The position numbers and the translations under genes are program-made. Under the pieces are notes generated by a model. That model saw only the letters and a list, made by a program, of their open reading frames with translations. It made no database searches and had not been told where the DNA came from. Shown here one piece after another: positions 42,752-54,145 of a stretch of 64,000 nt of DNA. The stretch is from Desulfatiglandales bacterium (lineage in GTDB: Bacteria; Desulfobacterota; DSM-4660; Desulfatiglandales; Desulfatiglandaceae): contig OY759599.1 of assembly GCA_963662465.1 (NCBI GenBank), forward strand, positions 224,001-288,000. The letters are read 5' to 3'. Each line of letters starts with the position of its first letter. The stretch's first letter is position 1.

Positions 42752-44872
42752 TTACCCGATGAGTGTTTGAATAGTTTGAATCAGCGACTCCTGGTTAAAG
42801 CTTTTTTTCAGCAGAAATGCATCGGCGCCGGCCCGAAGGCCCTCTGCCCGTTCTTCTTCCCTTTCAAGGGACGTTACGATGATGATGGGAATGCGGGAGA
42901 ACCGCTTGTCTCTTTTGAGTGTTGCGGTCAGGGTGAAGCCATCCATCCGCGGCATTTGAACATCGGTGATGACCAGGTCAAAAGACATCTTCTCCAGTTT
43001 TTCGAGGGCCATGGCGCCGTCCTCGGCGGTTTCCACAAAAAAACCGGCTGCCTCCAGAATGCTTTTTTCCAGCAACCGTGTGGTCATCTGGTCTTCAACG
43101 AGCAATATCCGCTGCCGGGTATCAGAAGGGGCTTTTTGGACTCCCCGTTCAAGAAAAATGTTGCCTGCCTTGATTTGGGCCGCTGTAAACAGACGCGCTA
43201 CGTCGATGATCAGGGCGATGTCTCCCGTGCCCAGGATGCTGCTTCCGGAAAAAATGGGAAGCCTTCCCAGATGACTGCCCAGGTTCCGCATGACGATTTC
43301 TTCCACGCCCATGACCTCATCCACCTGAAAGGCGATTTTTTTTCCCCCATGTTTGAGGAGCAGAAACGATAATTTTTCGTCATATTTTTTCGCCGGCGGT
43401 TCAGGAAAGGACAGGGTGGCGTCCAGGCGTGTCCCGGGGATAATTTCCCCCTGCCAGTAGAGGGCTTCACGCCCCTTGATGGTTTGAATGGTTTCAGGCA
43501 TGACTCTCAAAATCTGAATGGCGGAGAAAACAGGCACGGCCAGAATATGGGTTGAACAACGGACCAGAAAAGCGCGCGTGGTGGCCAGGGTCAATGGGAG
43601 GGCGATGCGTACCCGGGTTCCCTGCCCCGGAACACTGGCGATTTCAACTGAGCCGTTGAGCTTTTCCACATTGGTTTTGACCACATCCATGCCGATGCCG
43701 CGACCCGACAGTTCAGTGACCATTTCAGCCGTACTGAAACCCGGCAGAAACAGCAGATCGAACACTTCGGCGTCCAGCATGTGTTTCGCTTCCTCATGGG
43801 TCAGGAATCCTTTTTCCAGCGCTTTTTTCTGAACGCGGTCTTTATCGATGCCCGGACCATCGTCAATGACCTCGATAATCACCTTGTCAATATCCTGAAA
43901 AGCGCGAAGGATGATTTTGCCTGTTTTATGCTTGTGGGCAGTTTCCCGCGCCTCCCTGGTTTCCATGCCGTGATCGATGGCGTTTCTCAGCAGGTGCAGC
44001 AGGGGATCACTCAATTTTTCAATGGCCCGTTTGTCGATTCGGGTTTCTTCTCCTTCAATGATGAGGTCAACGGCCTTGTTCCGTTGTCGGGCCAGGTCTC
44101 GGACGGATCGGGAGAAGGGGTGGAACAGCAGGGAAATGGGCAGCATTCGAATATCCATGACCAGTGCCTGGGTTTCATTCACAAGCCGGCTCAGGAATTG
44201 AAGGGATTCGTGAAACGCTTCGGAAAATTGTTCGATCGTTTCCCGGCCCTCTGTCTTCAGTTTTTCCAGGGAGCTTTGCATGCGGTTTCGGGTAATCACC
44301 AGTTCCACGGCGATGTTGAGAAGTTTGTCCACTTTTTCCGTGGGAACCCGCACCGAGTCGTAGGCGATTTTATTGGCGGTTGAGGCGCCGGCCTGCTTCT
44401 TGCCGACAGGGGATACCGGTGGGGCAAAACCGCTTTTGTCAGCGGGCATCAATGCGGCCATGGCATGGACAATGGGGGTTATGTCCACCGAACCGCCCGA
44501 TGAAGCGGTCAGTGTTTCCAGGATAGCGTTATTGGTGTCGTTGGCCTGGAAAAGGACATCAAAAACCTTTGGTTCGGCGCCCACGCGTCCCTCATGGATT
44601 TCCCGGATAAGGTCTTCCATGGTGTGGCAGAGGGATGCCATTTCGTCGATCCCAATGGTCATGGCGGCGCCTTTAAGGCTGTGCGCATTGCGCAAAATGC
44701 TTTTCATGGGTTCCGGATCGGATGTGCCCTTTTTTTCAAGCTGGAGCAGGCCCTGGTCAATGGCCCCAATATGGTCCCTGGCTGATCCAATGAAGCTGGG
44801 TAAAAATTCCCTGAGTTCGGGGGGTATGGGGGATTGGTTTTTCGGATCGGATTTTTCTTCCATGGGTTCCAT
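42752..44872 (-). CDS. cheA: Hybrid CheA-receiver kinase (FrzE/WspE-like)
   Basis: AHSLKGAA, HLLRNAIDHG, DDGPGID, SGRGIGMDVV, CheW domain, C-terminal receiver LLVED..TDVQMPRMDG. Confidence 0.94.
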   Translation of the reverse strand: MEPMEEKSDPKNQSPIPPELREFLPSFIGSARDHIGAIDQGLLQLEKKGTSDPEPMKSILRNAHSLKGAAMTIGIDEMASLCHTMEDLIREIHEGRVGAEPKVFDVLFQANDTNNAILETLTASSGGSVDITPIVHAMAALMPADKSGFAPPVSPVGKKQAGASTANKIAYDSVRVPTEKVDKLLNIAVELVITRNRMQSSLEKLKTEGRETIEQFSEAFHESLQFLSRLVNETQALVMDIRMLPISLLFHPFSRSVRDLARQRNKAVDLIIEGEETRIDKRAIEKLSDPLLHLLRNAIDHGMETREARETAHKHKTGKIILRAFQDIDKVIIEVIDDGPGIDKDRVQKKALEKGFLTHEEAKHMLDAEVFDLLFLPGFSTAEMVTELSGRGIGMDVVKTNVEKLNGSVEIASVPGQGTRVRIALPLTLATTRAFLVRCSTHILAVPVFSAIQILRVMPETIQTIKGREALYWQGEIIPGTRLDATLSFPEPPAKKYDEKLSFLLLKHGGKKIAFQVDEVMGVEEIVMRNLGSHLGRLPIFSGSSILGTGDIALIIDVARLFTAAQIKAGNIFLERGVQKAPSDTRQRILLVEDQMTTRLLEKSILEAAGFFVETAEDGAMALEKLEKMSFDLVITDVQMPRMDGFTLTATLKRDKRFSRIPIIIVTSLEREEERAEGLRAGADAFLLKKSFNQESLIQTIQTLIG

Positions 44873-44873
44873 A

Positions 44874-47063
44874 TCATGATTCCAGTTTGAATCCGGAGAT
44901 AATCTCTTTTAAATTTTCACTCATTTGCGTCAAGCTGTTGGCGGATTGAGTGCTTTCCCCGGCAGCAGCGGCCATCTGTCGGGCCACGTCCGACAACTCA
45001 TGCATGGTCAGCACGATCTGTTCACTGGCGCTTTTCTGCTGGCCGGTGGCCATGGAGACCTGTTTGGCCGAGTCCGTGGTTTGTTCAGCCATTGAGACAA
45101 TTTCCTTCATGGCTTTTTCGACCCGGGACAGTTTCAGGGCGCCTTCCTTGACCACCTTGACGTTCTCTTCGGAGGCCATCACCGATGCATTGGCCGCCGA
45201 CTGGATTTCCCTGGCCATGTCTTCAATGGCGCCCGTGGACTTTACCACATTTTCAGCCAGTTTGCGGATTTCAGAGGCCACAACGGTAAACCCCTTGCCC
45301 GCTTCACCCGCCTTACTCGCCTCGATGGCGGCGTTTAGCGACAACATTTTGGTTTCCGCGGCCACGTCATTGATGATGCGCAACACCTTTCCGATTTGTT
45401 GGGATTTTTCCCCCAGGCTCATGATCTTTTCAGCCCCATTTTCCGTATGGCGTTGGATGATCGCCATCAATTTAGCGGCTTCATCCATGGCTTCAGCGCT
45501 TTCCTCGGCATTTTGCTGGGTGGATTCGGCCATGCCGGCCTGGATATCGCTGTTTTCGGCGATTTGACCCGCCGTGGTCGACAGCTCTTCAATGCTGGCG
45601 GTGGTTTCTCCCACGCTCGCTGCCTGTTCGGAAGCCCCGGATGCCTGTTCCTCGGAGCCGGCAAGGATCTGGTTGCAGGCCGTGATGATTTTGAGAATGG
45701 CTTCTCTCACCTGAACAATGACTTTTGTGAGATTTTCCTGCATCCGGTTGAATGCCTGGCCCAGGTCCCCTTTAAATTCCACCTGTCCCGTCAGGTCTCC
45801 CTTGGCAATCTTATTGGCCTGTTGGGAGAGCTTGTTGAGTTCCTGCTGCATGCGAAAAAAGCTGTGGGACAAGGCGCCGATTTCATCTCCCGTAATGACA
45901 TCCACGGGGCAGGAGAGATTTCCGTCCGCAATTTTATCGGCAACCGCTTCCAGCTTTTTAAGAGGGGTCGAGGCGTTTTCCGCCAGGCGGTAACTCAGGT
46001 AAAAGGCGATGAGCAGGATGGCGAGACTGGAGATAAGGATGCTTCCCAAAAGGGATGTCATTTCATTTTTGAGGGCATGGAAGGGAATGACTTTGACCAG
46101 CAGCAGTTTTTTGTTTTCCAGCGGCAGAGCGTAATAGATCCTTTGTTCCGCATAGCTCTTATGGGTGGCGTATTGGCCTTGGGGATCGATTTTCTCCAGC
46201 AGGGTCAGAAAAATAGATTTTAGATTTTCCGCGTTTTGATGGTTCTGCAGTATTTCATTTTTTCCGGTGGGCGCATTGCCGTTTTTGTTTAGCAGAAAGA
46301 AATTCGAATCTGCTTTTTGGGAGGCGTTTTGAAGTATTCCGTCAAGCTCTTTTTCTCGTCCTTCGGCCCTTAAATTTTCGAGGATCGGTTTTAGCTGTAA
46401 AAGTTCATCGCGACTGCTTTCTCCCCGTAAGCCTTCCACCAGTCGATGAGAATGACTGAAGGTGACGCTGCCCTGAAATAGCACCGTGACCACCATGATG
46501 GACAAACACACCATTAGAATTTTATTAAACAGGCTCAGTACCCTGGGGGGCGCCGACATGCCGAATTTTTCAACCCAGCGCCCTAGATAAGGGGATAGAA
46601 TCCGCTCATTGTTAAAAAAACAACAAACGGCATAGATCATTGCGACCATGATGCCGATCGCCAGGGTTTCGATGGATTGTTCCCGGTCAAAATCGGCAAA
46701 AATGATCATCTGCACAATGCCGATGGCAAATCCCAGAAAAATGACCATCAACGTGGTCCAGGCAATTTTCAGGGGCAGGCGAAGCCCGCGGGTTACCACT
46801 TCGTTTAACGCGCTCTGCGTTTTGCGTATCTTTTCTTCAGCATCATCCCGAGTCAATTGCAGGGCGCCCACCCATCGCATGGGCAAGCCGATACAAATGA
46901 TCGCGAAAACCGGCGCTTCCCAGGCATAAACAATCAACAGGGTTTTCAACTGCGTCCACGTCATGACCAACGTCAGAAGGAGATAGGGTATGAACAGGAG
47001 TCCCACAACCGCGAGAAAAAATACGCCCTGGTGAAGACCGACTTTCTTCTGTAGATTATCCAT
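44874..47063 (-). CDS. Methyl-accepting chemotaxis protein with multi-TM N-terminus
   Basis: About 6 TM helices, [29 protein letters not shown] 47063 after GGAG. Confidence 0.92.
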   Translation of the reverse strand: MDNLQKKVGLHQGVFFLAVVGLLFIPYLLLTLVMTWTQLKTLLIVYAWEAPVFAIICIGLPMRWVGALQLTRDDAEEKIRKTQSALNEVVTRGLRLPLKIAWTTLMVIFLGFAIGIVQMIIFADFDREQSIETLAIGIMVAMIYAVCCFFNNERILSPYLGRWVEKFGMSAPPRVLSLFNKILMVCLSIMVVTVLFQGSVTFSHSHRLVEGLRGESSRDELLQLKPILENLRAEGREKELDGILQNASQKADSNFFLLNKNGNAPTGKNEILQNHQNAENLKSIFLTLLEKIDPQGQYATHKSYAEQRIYYALPLENKKLLLVKVIPFHALKNEMTSLLGSILISSLAILLIAFYLSYRLAENASTPLKKLEAVADKIADGNLSCPVDVITGDEIGALSHSFFRMQQELNKLSQQANKIAKGDLTGQVEFKGDLGQAFNRMQENLTKVIVQVREAILKIITACNQILAGSEEQASGASEQAASVGETTASIEELSTTAGQIAENSDIQAGMAESTQQNAEESAEAMDEAAKLMAIIQRHTENGAEKIMSLGEKSQQIGKVLRIINDVAAETKMLSLNAAIEASKAGEAGKGFTVVASEIRKLAENVVKSTGAIEDMAREIQSAANASVMASEENVKVVKEGALKLSRVEKAMKEIVSMAEQTTDSAKQVSMATGQQKSASEQIVLTMHELSDVARQMAAAAGESTQSANSLTQMSENLKEIISGFKLES

Positions 47064-49167
47064 GATCGTCTCTCCTGGATTCGGATGTTTCTTGAAATGA
47101 GGCAATGAGATCCCCCAATTCCTGAGCCAATTGGTGAAGCCCCTGGACCGAAGTGGTGGTTTGGGTGGAAGCGGCTGCCATCTGCCGGGTCACTTCGGAT
47201 ATCTCCCGCATGGCCACTGCCGTCTGTTCGCTGGCTGTTTTTTGTTGTCCCGTTGTCATGGAGACCTCCTTTGCCGCATCTGTTGACTGTTCGGCAAGGT
47301 GAACGATTTCTCCCAGGGCGGTTTTTACCCGTTCCAGCTCTCGGACGCCGGTGGCCACGATTTTGACATTCTCCTCCGAAGCCATGACGGACATGTTTGC
47401 CGCCCCTTGAATTTCCTTTAGCATGTCTTCTATGGCGCCGGTTGACTTCACCACGTTTTCAGCCAGTTTGCGAATTTCCGCGGCCACCGCGGAAAACCCT
47501 TTGCCGGCCTCTCCGGCCCGGCTTGCTTCAATTGCGGCGTTTAAGGACAACATTTTGGTTTCCGCCGCGATGTCATTGATGATTCCCAATACTTTGCCTA
47601 TTTTCTGGGATTTTTCTCCCAGATCCATGATTTTCGCGGCGCTGATTTCAGTTCTTTGTCGAATATTCGACATGACGACTTCGGCTTCGGCCATGGCTTG
47701 CAGGCTGTTCTCGGCGTTCTCCATGGTGGATTCGGCCATGCCGGCCTGGGCTTCGCTGTTCTCAGCGATCTGTCGGGCCGTTGCGGACAATTCTTCCAGG
47801 GTGGCGGTTGTTTCACCGACGCTGGATGCCTGCTCGGCGGCGCCCGACGCCTGTTGTTCCGCGGCTGCCACAATTTCGTTGCTGGCTGAGTTGATTTGAC
47901 CGGCGGCCTGCTTCACCTGCAGGATAATCTTTTTAAGAGCGGTCTCCATTTGGAAAAAGCTGTATGCCAGCGCACCCACTTCATCGCCGCTGCCGGTAAC
48001 GGGGTAAAGGCCGAACTCACCCCTTCCAATACGTTTTGCGGCTTCGTTGAGATGCTTTAAGGGGTTTGAAACGCTGAATGCCAAACCGTAGCTCAGAAAA
48101 ATCGCCACAATGAGGATCAAGCCGGATACCAGAAGCGCCCGTTTAAGGAAAACCGCTTCCAGTTTTTCCAGTTTGCCCACGTCAATAACCCGGATCAGCA
48201 TTTGTTGGCCGTCTTCAAGGAGAACGGCACAAAAAGTCAGATTGTTGATGATGTCCTTGTGTATCGGCTTTTTTTTGAGCTTTTCAAAGAGTTCCCCCAA
48301 GGCTCTAGGGTTATTGGTCCCCGGAGGGAGCGCCGGTTTTCCGGAGATAATGGCGCCTTGACTGTTTAACAGAAAAAGAGAATCGTTTTTTTCTCCGTCT
48401 ATGTCGATACCATTGAGAAGGATTAATCCCTTGTGAATTTCCTCTTTTGAGAGGGAATTCTCATAAAGCAATGCTTTGATCCGGTCCAGTTCCTGGATGG
48501 CCCCTTTGCTCAATTCCGATTCAAGAAGTGCTACGGAGTGCATATAGCTGACGCTGACCTCAAAGAGTACCGCAACAAACATGATGCCGACACAAACACA
48601 CATGACTTTGCTGAAAATGGAAAACACGCCGGGTGGGGAGTTGATGCCGGACTGGTGAACCATTTTGCCCAGGTACGGTGCAATGGACCGTTCAATATTC
48701 AAAAACGTGACAATGGCATAAATCACGCCGATGATGACCCCGGCGATGAATGTCTGAATTGACTGAATCAAATCGAAGTGGGCAAAGAGGACCATTTGAA
48801 GAATGCCGCCGGCAAATGCGAAAATGATGATGGCCAGCGAGACAAGGGCAATTTTACGTGGAAATTGAAACGCCGTTGTAATGATCTGTTCCGGATGTAT
48901 GGATTTTGCTGATTGATTGAGAAAAGACGTTTTTTCGTCGATGGAGATGATACGCGCCCAGTGCATGGGTAGCCAGATGCATATGCCGCAAAATAAAATC
49001 CCTTCCCATGCATAAATGACCAGGATTCGGTTAAGTTGATCGGGCGTCATTTCAAGGGAAAAAAGGACATAGGGAACGCCCAGAACGCCCACCACCAAAA
49101 CAAAGTAAAGGAGCTGATTGAGACCGATTTTTTTTTGCAACGCATTCATTTGGAGTTTTCCTCCCAT
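47056..49167 (-). CDS. Methyl-accepting chemotaxis protein, paralog of the adjacent MCP
   Basis: Same architecture, shared YAWE motif, [22 protein letters not shown]; start may be at 49149. Confidence 0.92.
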   Translation of the reverse strand: MGGKLQMNALQKKIGLNQLLYFVLVVGVLGVPYVLFSLEMTPDQLNRILVIYAWEGILFCGICIWLPMHWARIISIDEKTSFLNQSAKSIHPEQIITTAFQFPRKIALVSLAIIIFAFAGGILQMVLFAHFDLIQSIQTFIAGVIIGVIYAIVTFLNIERSIAPYLGKMVHQSGINSPPGVFSIFSKVMCVCVGIMFVAVLFEVSVSYMHSVALLESELSKGAIQELDRIKALLYENSLSKEEIHKGLILLNGIDIDGEKNDSLFLLNSQGAIISGKPALPPGTNNPRALGELFEKLKKKPIHKDIINNLTFCAVLLEDGQQMLIRVIDVGKLEKLEAVFLKRALLVSGLILIVAIFLSYGLAFSVSNPLKHLNEAAKRIGRGEFGLYPVTGSGDEVGALAYSFFQMETALKKIILQVKQAAGQINSASNEIVAAAEQQASGAAEQASSVGETTATLEELSATARQIAENSEAQAGMAESTMENAENSLQAMAEAEVVMSNIRQRTEISAAKIMDLGEKSQKIGKVLGIINDIAAETKMLSLNAAIEASRAGEAGKGFSAVAAEIRKLAENVVKSTGAIEDMLKEIQGAANMSVMASEENVKIVATGVRELERVKTALGEIVHLAEQSTDAAKEVSMTTGQQKTASEQTAVAMREISEVTRQMAAASTQTTTSVQGLHQLAQELGDLIASFQETSESRRDDHG

Positions 49168-49186
49168 TCTATTTTAACAACCAATG

Positions 49187-49606
49187 TCATTTATCCCCTG
49201 TTTGTAACCGATCCGGATCCAGAAGGAACGCGATTTTTTCATCCAGCAGGGCCAGTCCCCACAAAAAAGAATGCGCTTTATGAAAATCAACCAAAGGCGG
49301 CAGTCTTTTGATTTGGGCTAGATTCAGGCTGACGATGCCTTCCACCGTATCCACTGAGATAACCGCCGGGCCGGATTCCCCGTTCACTTCCAGAAAGGCG
49401 GGTGAAAAATCCCCGTCATTGGGCGGCAGGTGAAAAATATCCCTGAGGCTAACCGGTTCCATGTCCGAATCCATTTGAAACATCTTTCCGATGCCGACGC
49501 GAACAACCTGTGTCGCCGGCGCCCCCAAAAGAAACGGCCCCACGCAAAAAAGGACGAAATCAAAAGTTTTGGGTCCCGGGCTTTGAATTTCAGTTGCAGG
49601 CGTCAT
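49187..49606 (-). CDS. cheW: Divergent CheW-like protein
   Basis: FVLFCVG, VDTVEGIVSL..IKRLPP, IAFLLDPDRL; position in the operon. Confidence 0.7.
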   Translation of the reverse strand: MTPATEIQSPGPKTFDFVLFCVGPFLLGAPATQVVRVGIGKMFQMDSDMEPVSLRDIFHLPPNDGDFSPAFLEVNGESGPAVISVDTVEGIVSLNLAQIKRLPPLVDFHKAHSFLWGLALLDEKIAFLLDPDRLQTGDK

Positions 49607-49612
49607 GACGCG

Positions 49613-50563
49613 CTATTTTCCGTGAATATTCATTTTTTCAGAGGCCATGATTTTCCGGTAGTTGAGAATGACCACCAGGCTTTCATCCAGGCGTGCTTCG
49701 CCGTCAATAAAATCCACATATTCTTTTTCAAAGGTGATCATGGGGGGATCAATGGATTTCAGGGGGAGATCGATAATCTCGTCCACACTGTCAACGATAA
49801 AGCCCACATCAACCTCTTTCATGCTGGTGATCATGATGGATGCCTGGGATGGGGTTTCAGCCTGAATTCCCAACAGGGCCTTTAAATCCACCACTGAAAT
49901 GATTTCGCCGCGTGTGTTGATAATTCCCAGGATGTGCGGAGGAAGGGTCGGAACGGGGGTAACGGCCTTTGCCCGGCATATTTTTTTGATATAATCCATA
50001 TCAAAGGCATATTTTTCCTTTCCCAGTGTAAAGGTCATCAGATGACGAATGGCGGCTTCGGGATTATCCACGGGAACTGATTCAGCGGTTTTTGTCAAAG
50101 CGTCAAGTATGCGTGAGGATGTTTTTTCGTGGGTTTTAGGGTTGAGGCGGATATGCTTCAGGGCAATCTCAATTTTTTCAGAACGAATGGGCTTTTCCAT
50201 GACGTCGTCCATGCCGGCATCCAGGCATGCCTGCCGGGTTTCTTTTTCATCGTGGGCGGTCAGGGCGATAATGGGGATGGGCCGGGGATGATCAGCATGG
50301 GAGGAAGACGGAGAAAGGCTTTTCTCCCATTGTCGGATTTTTTTTGTGGCCTCAAGCCCGTTGATTCCGGGAAGTTCTATGTCCATCAACACCATTTGGT
50401 AGGGTTTCTTTTTGACGGCTTCCACCGCGGATTCGCCATCCAAAACGCTGTCAACCTGAACATTCTGTTTTTTAAGCAACATCTGCGCTACTTTGAGGTT
50501 GACGGGATTGTCGTCTACCAGAAGAATTGTCGGCGTATCCCTCAAGGTCGAGACTCCTTTCAA
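49613..50563 (-). CDS. Receiver domain-CheW fusion protein
   Basis: N-terminal LLVDDNPVN..MDIELPGING..ALTAH..EKP; C-terminal VTPVP..ILGIINTRGEIISVVDL..VDSVDEI. Confidence 0.88.
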   Translation of the reverse strand: MKGVSTLRDTPTILLVDDNPVNLKVAQMLLKKQNVQVDSVLDGESAVEAVKKKPYQMVLMDIELPGINGLEATKKIRQWEKSLSPSSSHADHPRPIPIIALTAHDEKETRQACLDAGMDDVMEKPIRSEKIEIALKHIRLNPKTHEKTSSRILDALTKTAESVPVDNPEAAIRHLMTFTLGKEKYAFDMDYIKKICRAKAVTPVPTLPPHILGIINTRGEIISVVDLKALLGIQAETPSQASIMITSMKEVDVGFIVDSVDEIIDLPLKSIDPPMITFEKEYVDFIDGEARLDESLVVILNYRKIMASEKMNIHGK

Positions 50564-50638
50564 TGGAACGTTATTTTTGGTTTATTCGTGACCTTTATGA
50601 AACAAGTACGTTGATAGATAGAGAAGAAAAATAGATAG

Positions 50639-50667
50639 ATGTTAGACTATATTTTGGTTTAAGTCAA
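50639..50667 (-). promoter_or_regulatory. Candidate sigma70 promoter of the chemosensory operon
   Basis: Minus-strand TTGACT-17 bp-TAACAT. Confidence 0.5.
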
Positions 50668-50818
50668 AGGGGATTGCGAACACCCAGCAATTCTAATTAT
50701 GGTTTTTGAGATAGGCTGCGGTTTGTTTTTTTCGTTGCCATTCACGGACGTCGCATTCCCCTTATTCCCATATTCTGCCCGGGGATAAGGGGAAAAACAT
50801 TAGGCGCTGGATGTTATT

Positions 50819-50909
50819 GTAGGGGCAGGTCCCTGTGCCTGCCCTGCTGATGCTGTCCAAGCACCGAAAGAAAGGACAAGCAGGGCAACCACGGGGGGAT
50901 TGCCCCTAC
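50819..50909. repeat. Inverted pair of GTAG-type REP palindromes
   Basis: GTAGGGGCAGGTCCCTGTGCCTGCCCTG (50819-50846) and CAGGGCAACCACGGGGGGATTGCCCCTAC (50881-50909). Confidence 0.8.
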
Positions 50910-51129
50910 GACGCGACATAAAACTGGATGTGTAACGAGATGTGTTTGTGGGCGCCGCTTTCAGCGCCACTAGAAATCGTGGTGGAATGCCGTATACCAG
51001 GTGTTCTGACTGTTTCATATCTGAATCATATAATACATTGATATTATTTATAATTATTTTTTTTATGGACATTTTTTTCATATAATGATAATAGATCCTG
51101 AACAAGAATACCTCATATTATTGGAAACA

Positions 51130-52213
51130 AACTGATAACCACATTCGAAATTTGATGGATGAAGTTCCACCCTCCGAAGCATATCCGATGTTCCATTATG
51201 TATTTGATGGAATAAAGGGATCAAAACAACTAAATACATTTCGTTCCTACGGCAACAATTTGTTGTGCGCACTGGATGGAACTTATTCCTTTTCTTCCGA
51301 AAAGATCCATTGCGAAAATTGTAGCAGCAAAGAACATAAAAACGGAACCATAACCTATTTTTACTCGGCAATCACACCCGTACTTGTCGCTCCAGGTCAG
51401 AAAAAGGTTATTTCATTGCCCCCCGAGTTTGTAACGCCTCAGGATGGATACCAAAAACAGGACTGTGAAAATGTTGCCGCGAAACGTTGGATAAAGCAGT
51501 ATGCACCATTATACAAAGACCTTGGTATTATCATTTTGGGCGACGATCTGTATTGTCGGCAACCCATATGCACGTTGATATTGGATAAGGGCCTCCACTT
51601 CATCCTCGTTTGCAAACCTAACTCGCACAAAATACTCTATGAATGGGTCGAAGAGCTCCAAGCAATGAATGCCGTCGAAACGGTCGTGGAAAAGATACGG
51701 AGAGGTAATACTCATCATATACATACATACCGTTTCGTAAATAAGGTCCCTTTGCGTGATGGCGAAAAGGCTTTGGAAGTTAACTGGTGTGAACTGACCA
51801 TTACTTCCGCTGCGGGTAAGCGCTTATATAAAAACGCGTTTACAACCGATTTCACCATATCAAAAGACAATGTGAAACAAATCGTCGCCGATGGTCGGGC
51901 GCGCTGGAAAATTGAAAATGAAAACAATAACGTATTAAAAACAAAATGTTATCATCTTGAACACAATTTTGGCCATGGCAAAAAACATCTATCAAATTTC
52001 TTATTGACGTTAAATCTTCTGGCTTTTCTCTTCCATACTGCGTTGGAAATGTTTGACGACGTTTATAGGCGGATTCGAGAAGATTTGCCAACTCGAAAAA
52101 CCTTCTTCCAAGACATTCGAGCTTTAACTCGGTATGTCTGCTTCAATAGCTGGGAGGCAATGCTGACGTTCATGGCCCGGGGCCTCGATCTAGATCTCCC
52201 AGATACAAGCTAA
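51130..52213 (+). pseudogene. ISNCY-like DDE transposase lacking its N-terminus
   Basis: TDNHIRNLMDEV, ALDGT, KQDCE, LGDDLY, GRARWKIENE, HLEHNFGHG; no proper start upstream. Confidence 0.85.
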
Positions 52214-52446
52214 AAATAACCTTCCCAGTGCAATACGTCGAAAAATTAGTACACCACCCAGGGAGTACTATGCCTTTTTCTGTGCCTAATTCCAATGCCA
52301 ATATTCTTTTTCTTTCGCCGGACCATAATGCTTCATTTCCCCGGATCGATACCAATGCCCGCATTCAAAAAATGAGGATATCCCAATCTAAAACCGGCGG
52401 ATAAGCTAGAAAACGGTTTAGGCTCCATTCAAATTTAGAATTGCTG

Positions 52447-53571
52447 TCAGCGCCTGTACGGATAACCGCCCCTTATGCCTTTTTTTGAAAACACAATTTG
52501 CCACAACTGATTCCTCCTTGACCTGAAACTGCCGGCGCATGAAAGAAGATAATAGGTCCACATACGATAAAACCGCTCATCATATGCATTTTTGAGTTTG
52601 ACCCAATTTTTTGTGAAATTGTGGTACCAGGCCATCAACGTTCTGTCATAGCATTGCCCGAAGCTATGCCAATCCTCGAGTACAAACAACCCTTCCGTTG
52701 CCGAGGTGATCTGTTTTGTGGACGGCAACATTGAATTCGGGAAAATATATTTATTAATCCAAGGGTCTGTTGAATTCGTGGAAGTGTTCCCCGCTATCGT
52801 GTGCAACAAAAAGAGGCCATTCTCTTTTAGACATCGATGGACAACTTCCATGAACGTCCTGTAGTTTTTTAATCCCACATGTTCAAACATGCCGATGGAA
52901 ACAATGCGATCGAATTTTTCCGTTAACGCCCTATAATCTTTCAGTTCGATTTTTATCTCAAGCCCTTGGCAGAAATTATTTACAAATTTCACCTGCTCCC
53001 GGGACACTGTTATGCCATGTACCCTAGCGCCATATTTTGCGGCTGCATATTTTGCAAAACCACCCCAGCCACACCCGATATCCAAAACCTTCATGCCCGA
53101 CTTTAATCCGATTTTTTGACAAATTAAGTCCAATTTAGCTTCCTGCGCTGTATCGAGCGTTTCGGCGTTTTTCCAGTAAGCACAAGAATAATTTAGCCCT
53201 TTATCCAGCATAATAGAAAAAAGATGATTACCGATGTCGTAATGCCGTTTGCCGACGATGTAGGCACTTGATCTGTTCTGAGTATTTATTACCTTTGCCT
53301 TCAGCATTATCCACAGCGATATTGCGGCATTTGTCTTTGATTTCTTGTCTAAGCGATTCTCCATGATTTTTTCAAAGAATTGATCAATGGCTTCACAATC
53401 CCACCAGCCATCCATGTAGCTTTCCCCCAGAGCAAGGGAACCTCCTGATAAAACCCTTCCGTAAAAATCGGGGTTGTGTATCCGGATATCCCAGGGTCTA
53501 TCCCCATTAATCTGAACATCAGAAGGGTTAAGCAATTTTTGAACAATCTTTTTCATTTTTGCCGCCTCCAT
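52447..53571 (-). CDS. cfa: Cyclopropane fatty acyl phospholipid synthase
   Basis: LGESYMDGWW, HYDIGN, YSCAYW, VLDIGCGWGG, SIGMFEHVG, KYIFPNSMLP, RMWTYYLLSC. Confidence 0.95.
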   Translation of the reverse strand: MEAAKMKKIVQKLLNPSDVQINGDRPWDIRIHNPDFYGRVLSGGSLALGESYMDGWWDCEAIDQFFEKIMENRLDKKSKTNAAISLWIMLKAKVINTQNRSSAYIVGKRHYDIGNHLFSIMLDKGLNYSCAYWKNAETLDTAQEAKLDLICQKIGLKSGMKVLDIGCGWGGFAKYAAAKYGARVHGITVSREQVKFVNNFCQGLEIKIELKDYRALTEKFDRIVSIGMFEHVGLKNYRTFMEVVHRCLKENGLFLLHTIAGNTSTNSTDPWINKYIFPNSMLPSTKQITSATEGLFVLEDWHSFGQCYDRTLMAWYHNFTKNWVKLKNAYDERFYRMWTYYLLSCAGSFRSRRNQLWQIVFSKKGIRGGYPYRR

Positions 53572-54145
53572 GTAATTATCTTTTGTTCGATTATTGACTC
53601 TACGACATTATTTTACAGTCTAAGTAGAAAATACTTAAGAATCAAAGCTTTATTCCGTATTCATCAAGGGCCTTGAAAATTTTTGGTTTTAGATGGGTGT
53701 CAAAACGACAAGCGCACCAGCGCCTCCTCCGGGCCCCCGCCAAGACCGCAGAACTTTCAGGCGTCTGGTGCAGCCTTGGTTCGCCAACTCCGTCTTCATT
53801 TTTTGCAAGGATCTTTTCCATATCAATGAACATAACGGCTTTTTTGGAACTGAAAATTATTGGTTTCCGGTTTTGATATGTGGTTCGTATCTCAACATCT
53901 TCTTTGGTTGTGGTACGTAGCAGTTATACCCAACTTATGTAATCCAGAAAACTGTCACTTTCATGCATCTCTCAGTTCTCAGTTGCCCCCCCTTCCCGAT
54001 GATGGTATCACAACCATTCGGTTGCGAGAAATCGGTGATGATATCCATCGGCTGAAATTGTGGAATTGGCCTGGTGAGATGTGAAAAACAGTTTGAGCCA
54101 TAATTTCAGACCTCGTTATGCTAAAAAAAAATCAGTTCCAAAATT

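Larger units (their letters stand above)
50685..52446 (+). mobile_element. Rearranged IS (ISNCY-like) bounded by CAGCAATTCTAA inverted repeats
   Basis: CAGCAATTCTAA at 50685 and TTAGAATTGCTG ending at 52446; contains REP hairpins and a 5'-truncated transposase. Confidence 0.7.

Noticed and set aside
53642..54110. Short ORFs between cfa and the IS
   Set aside because: Fragmentary with no recognisable family.
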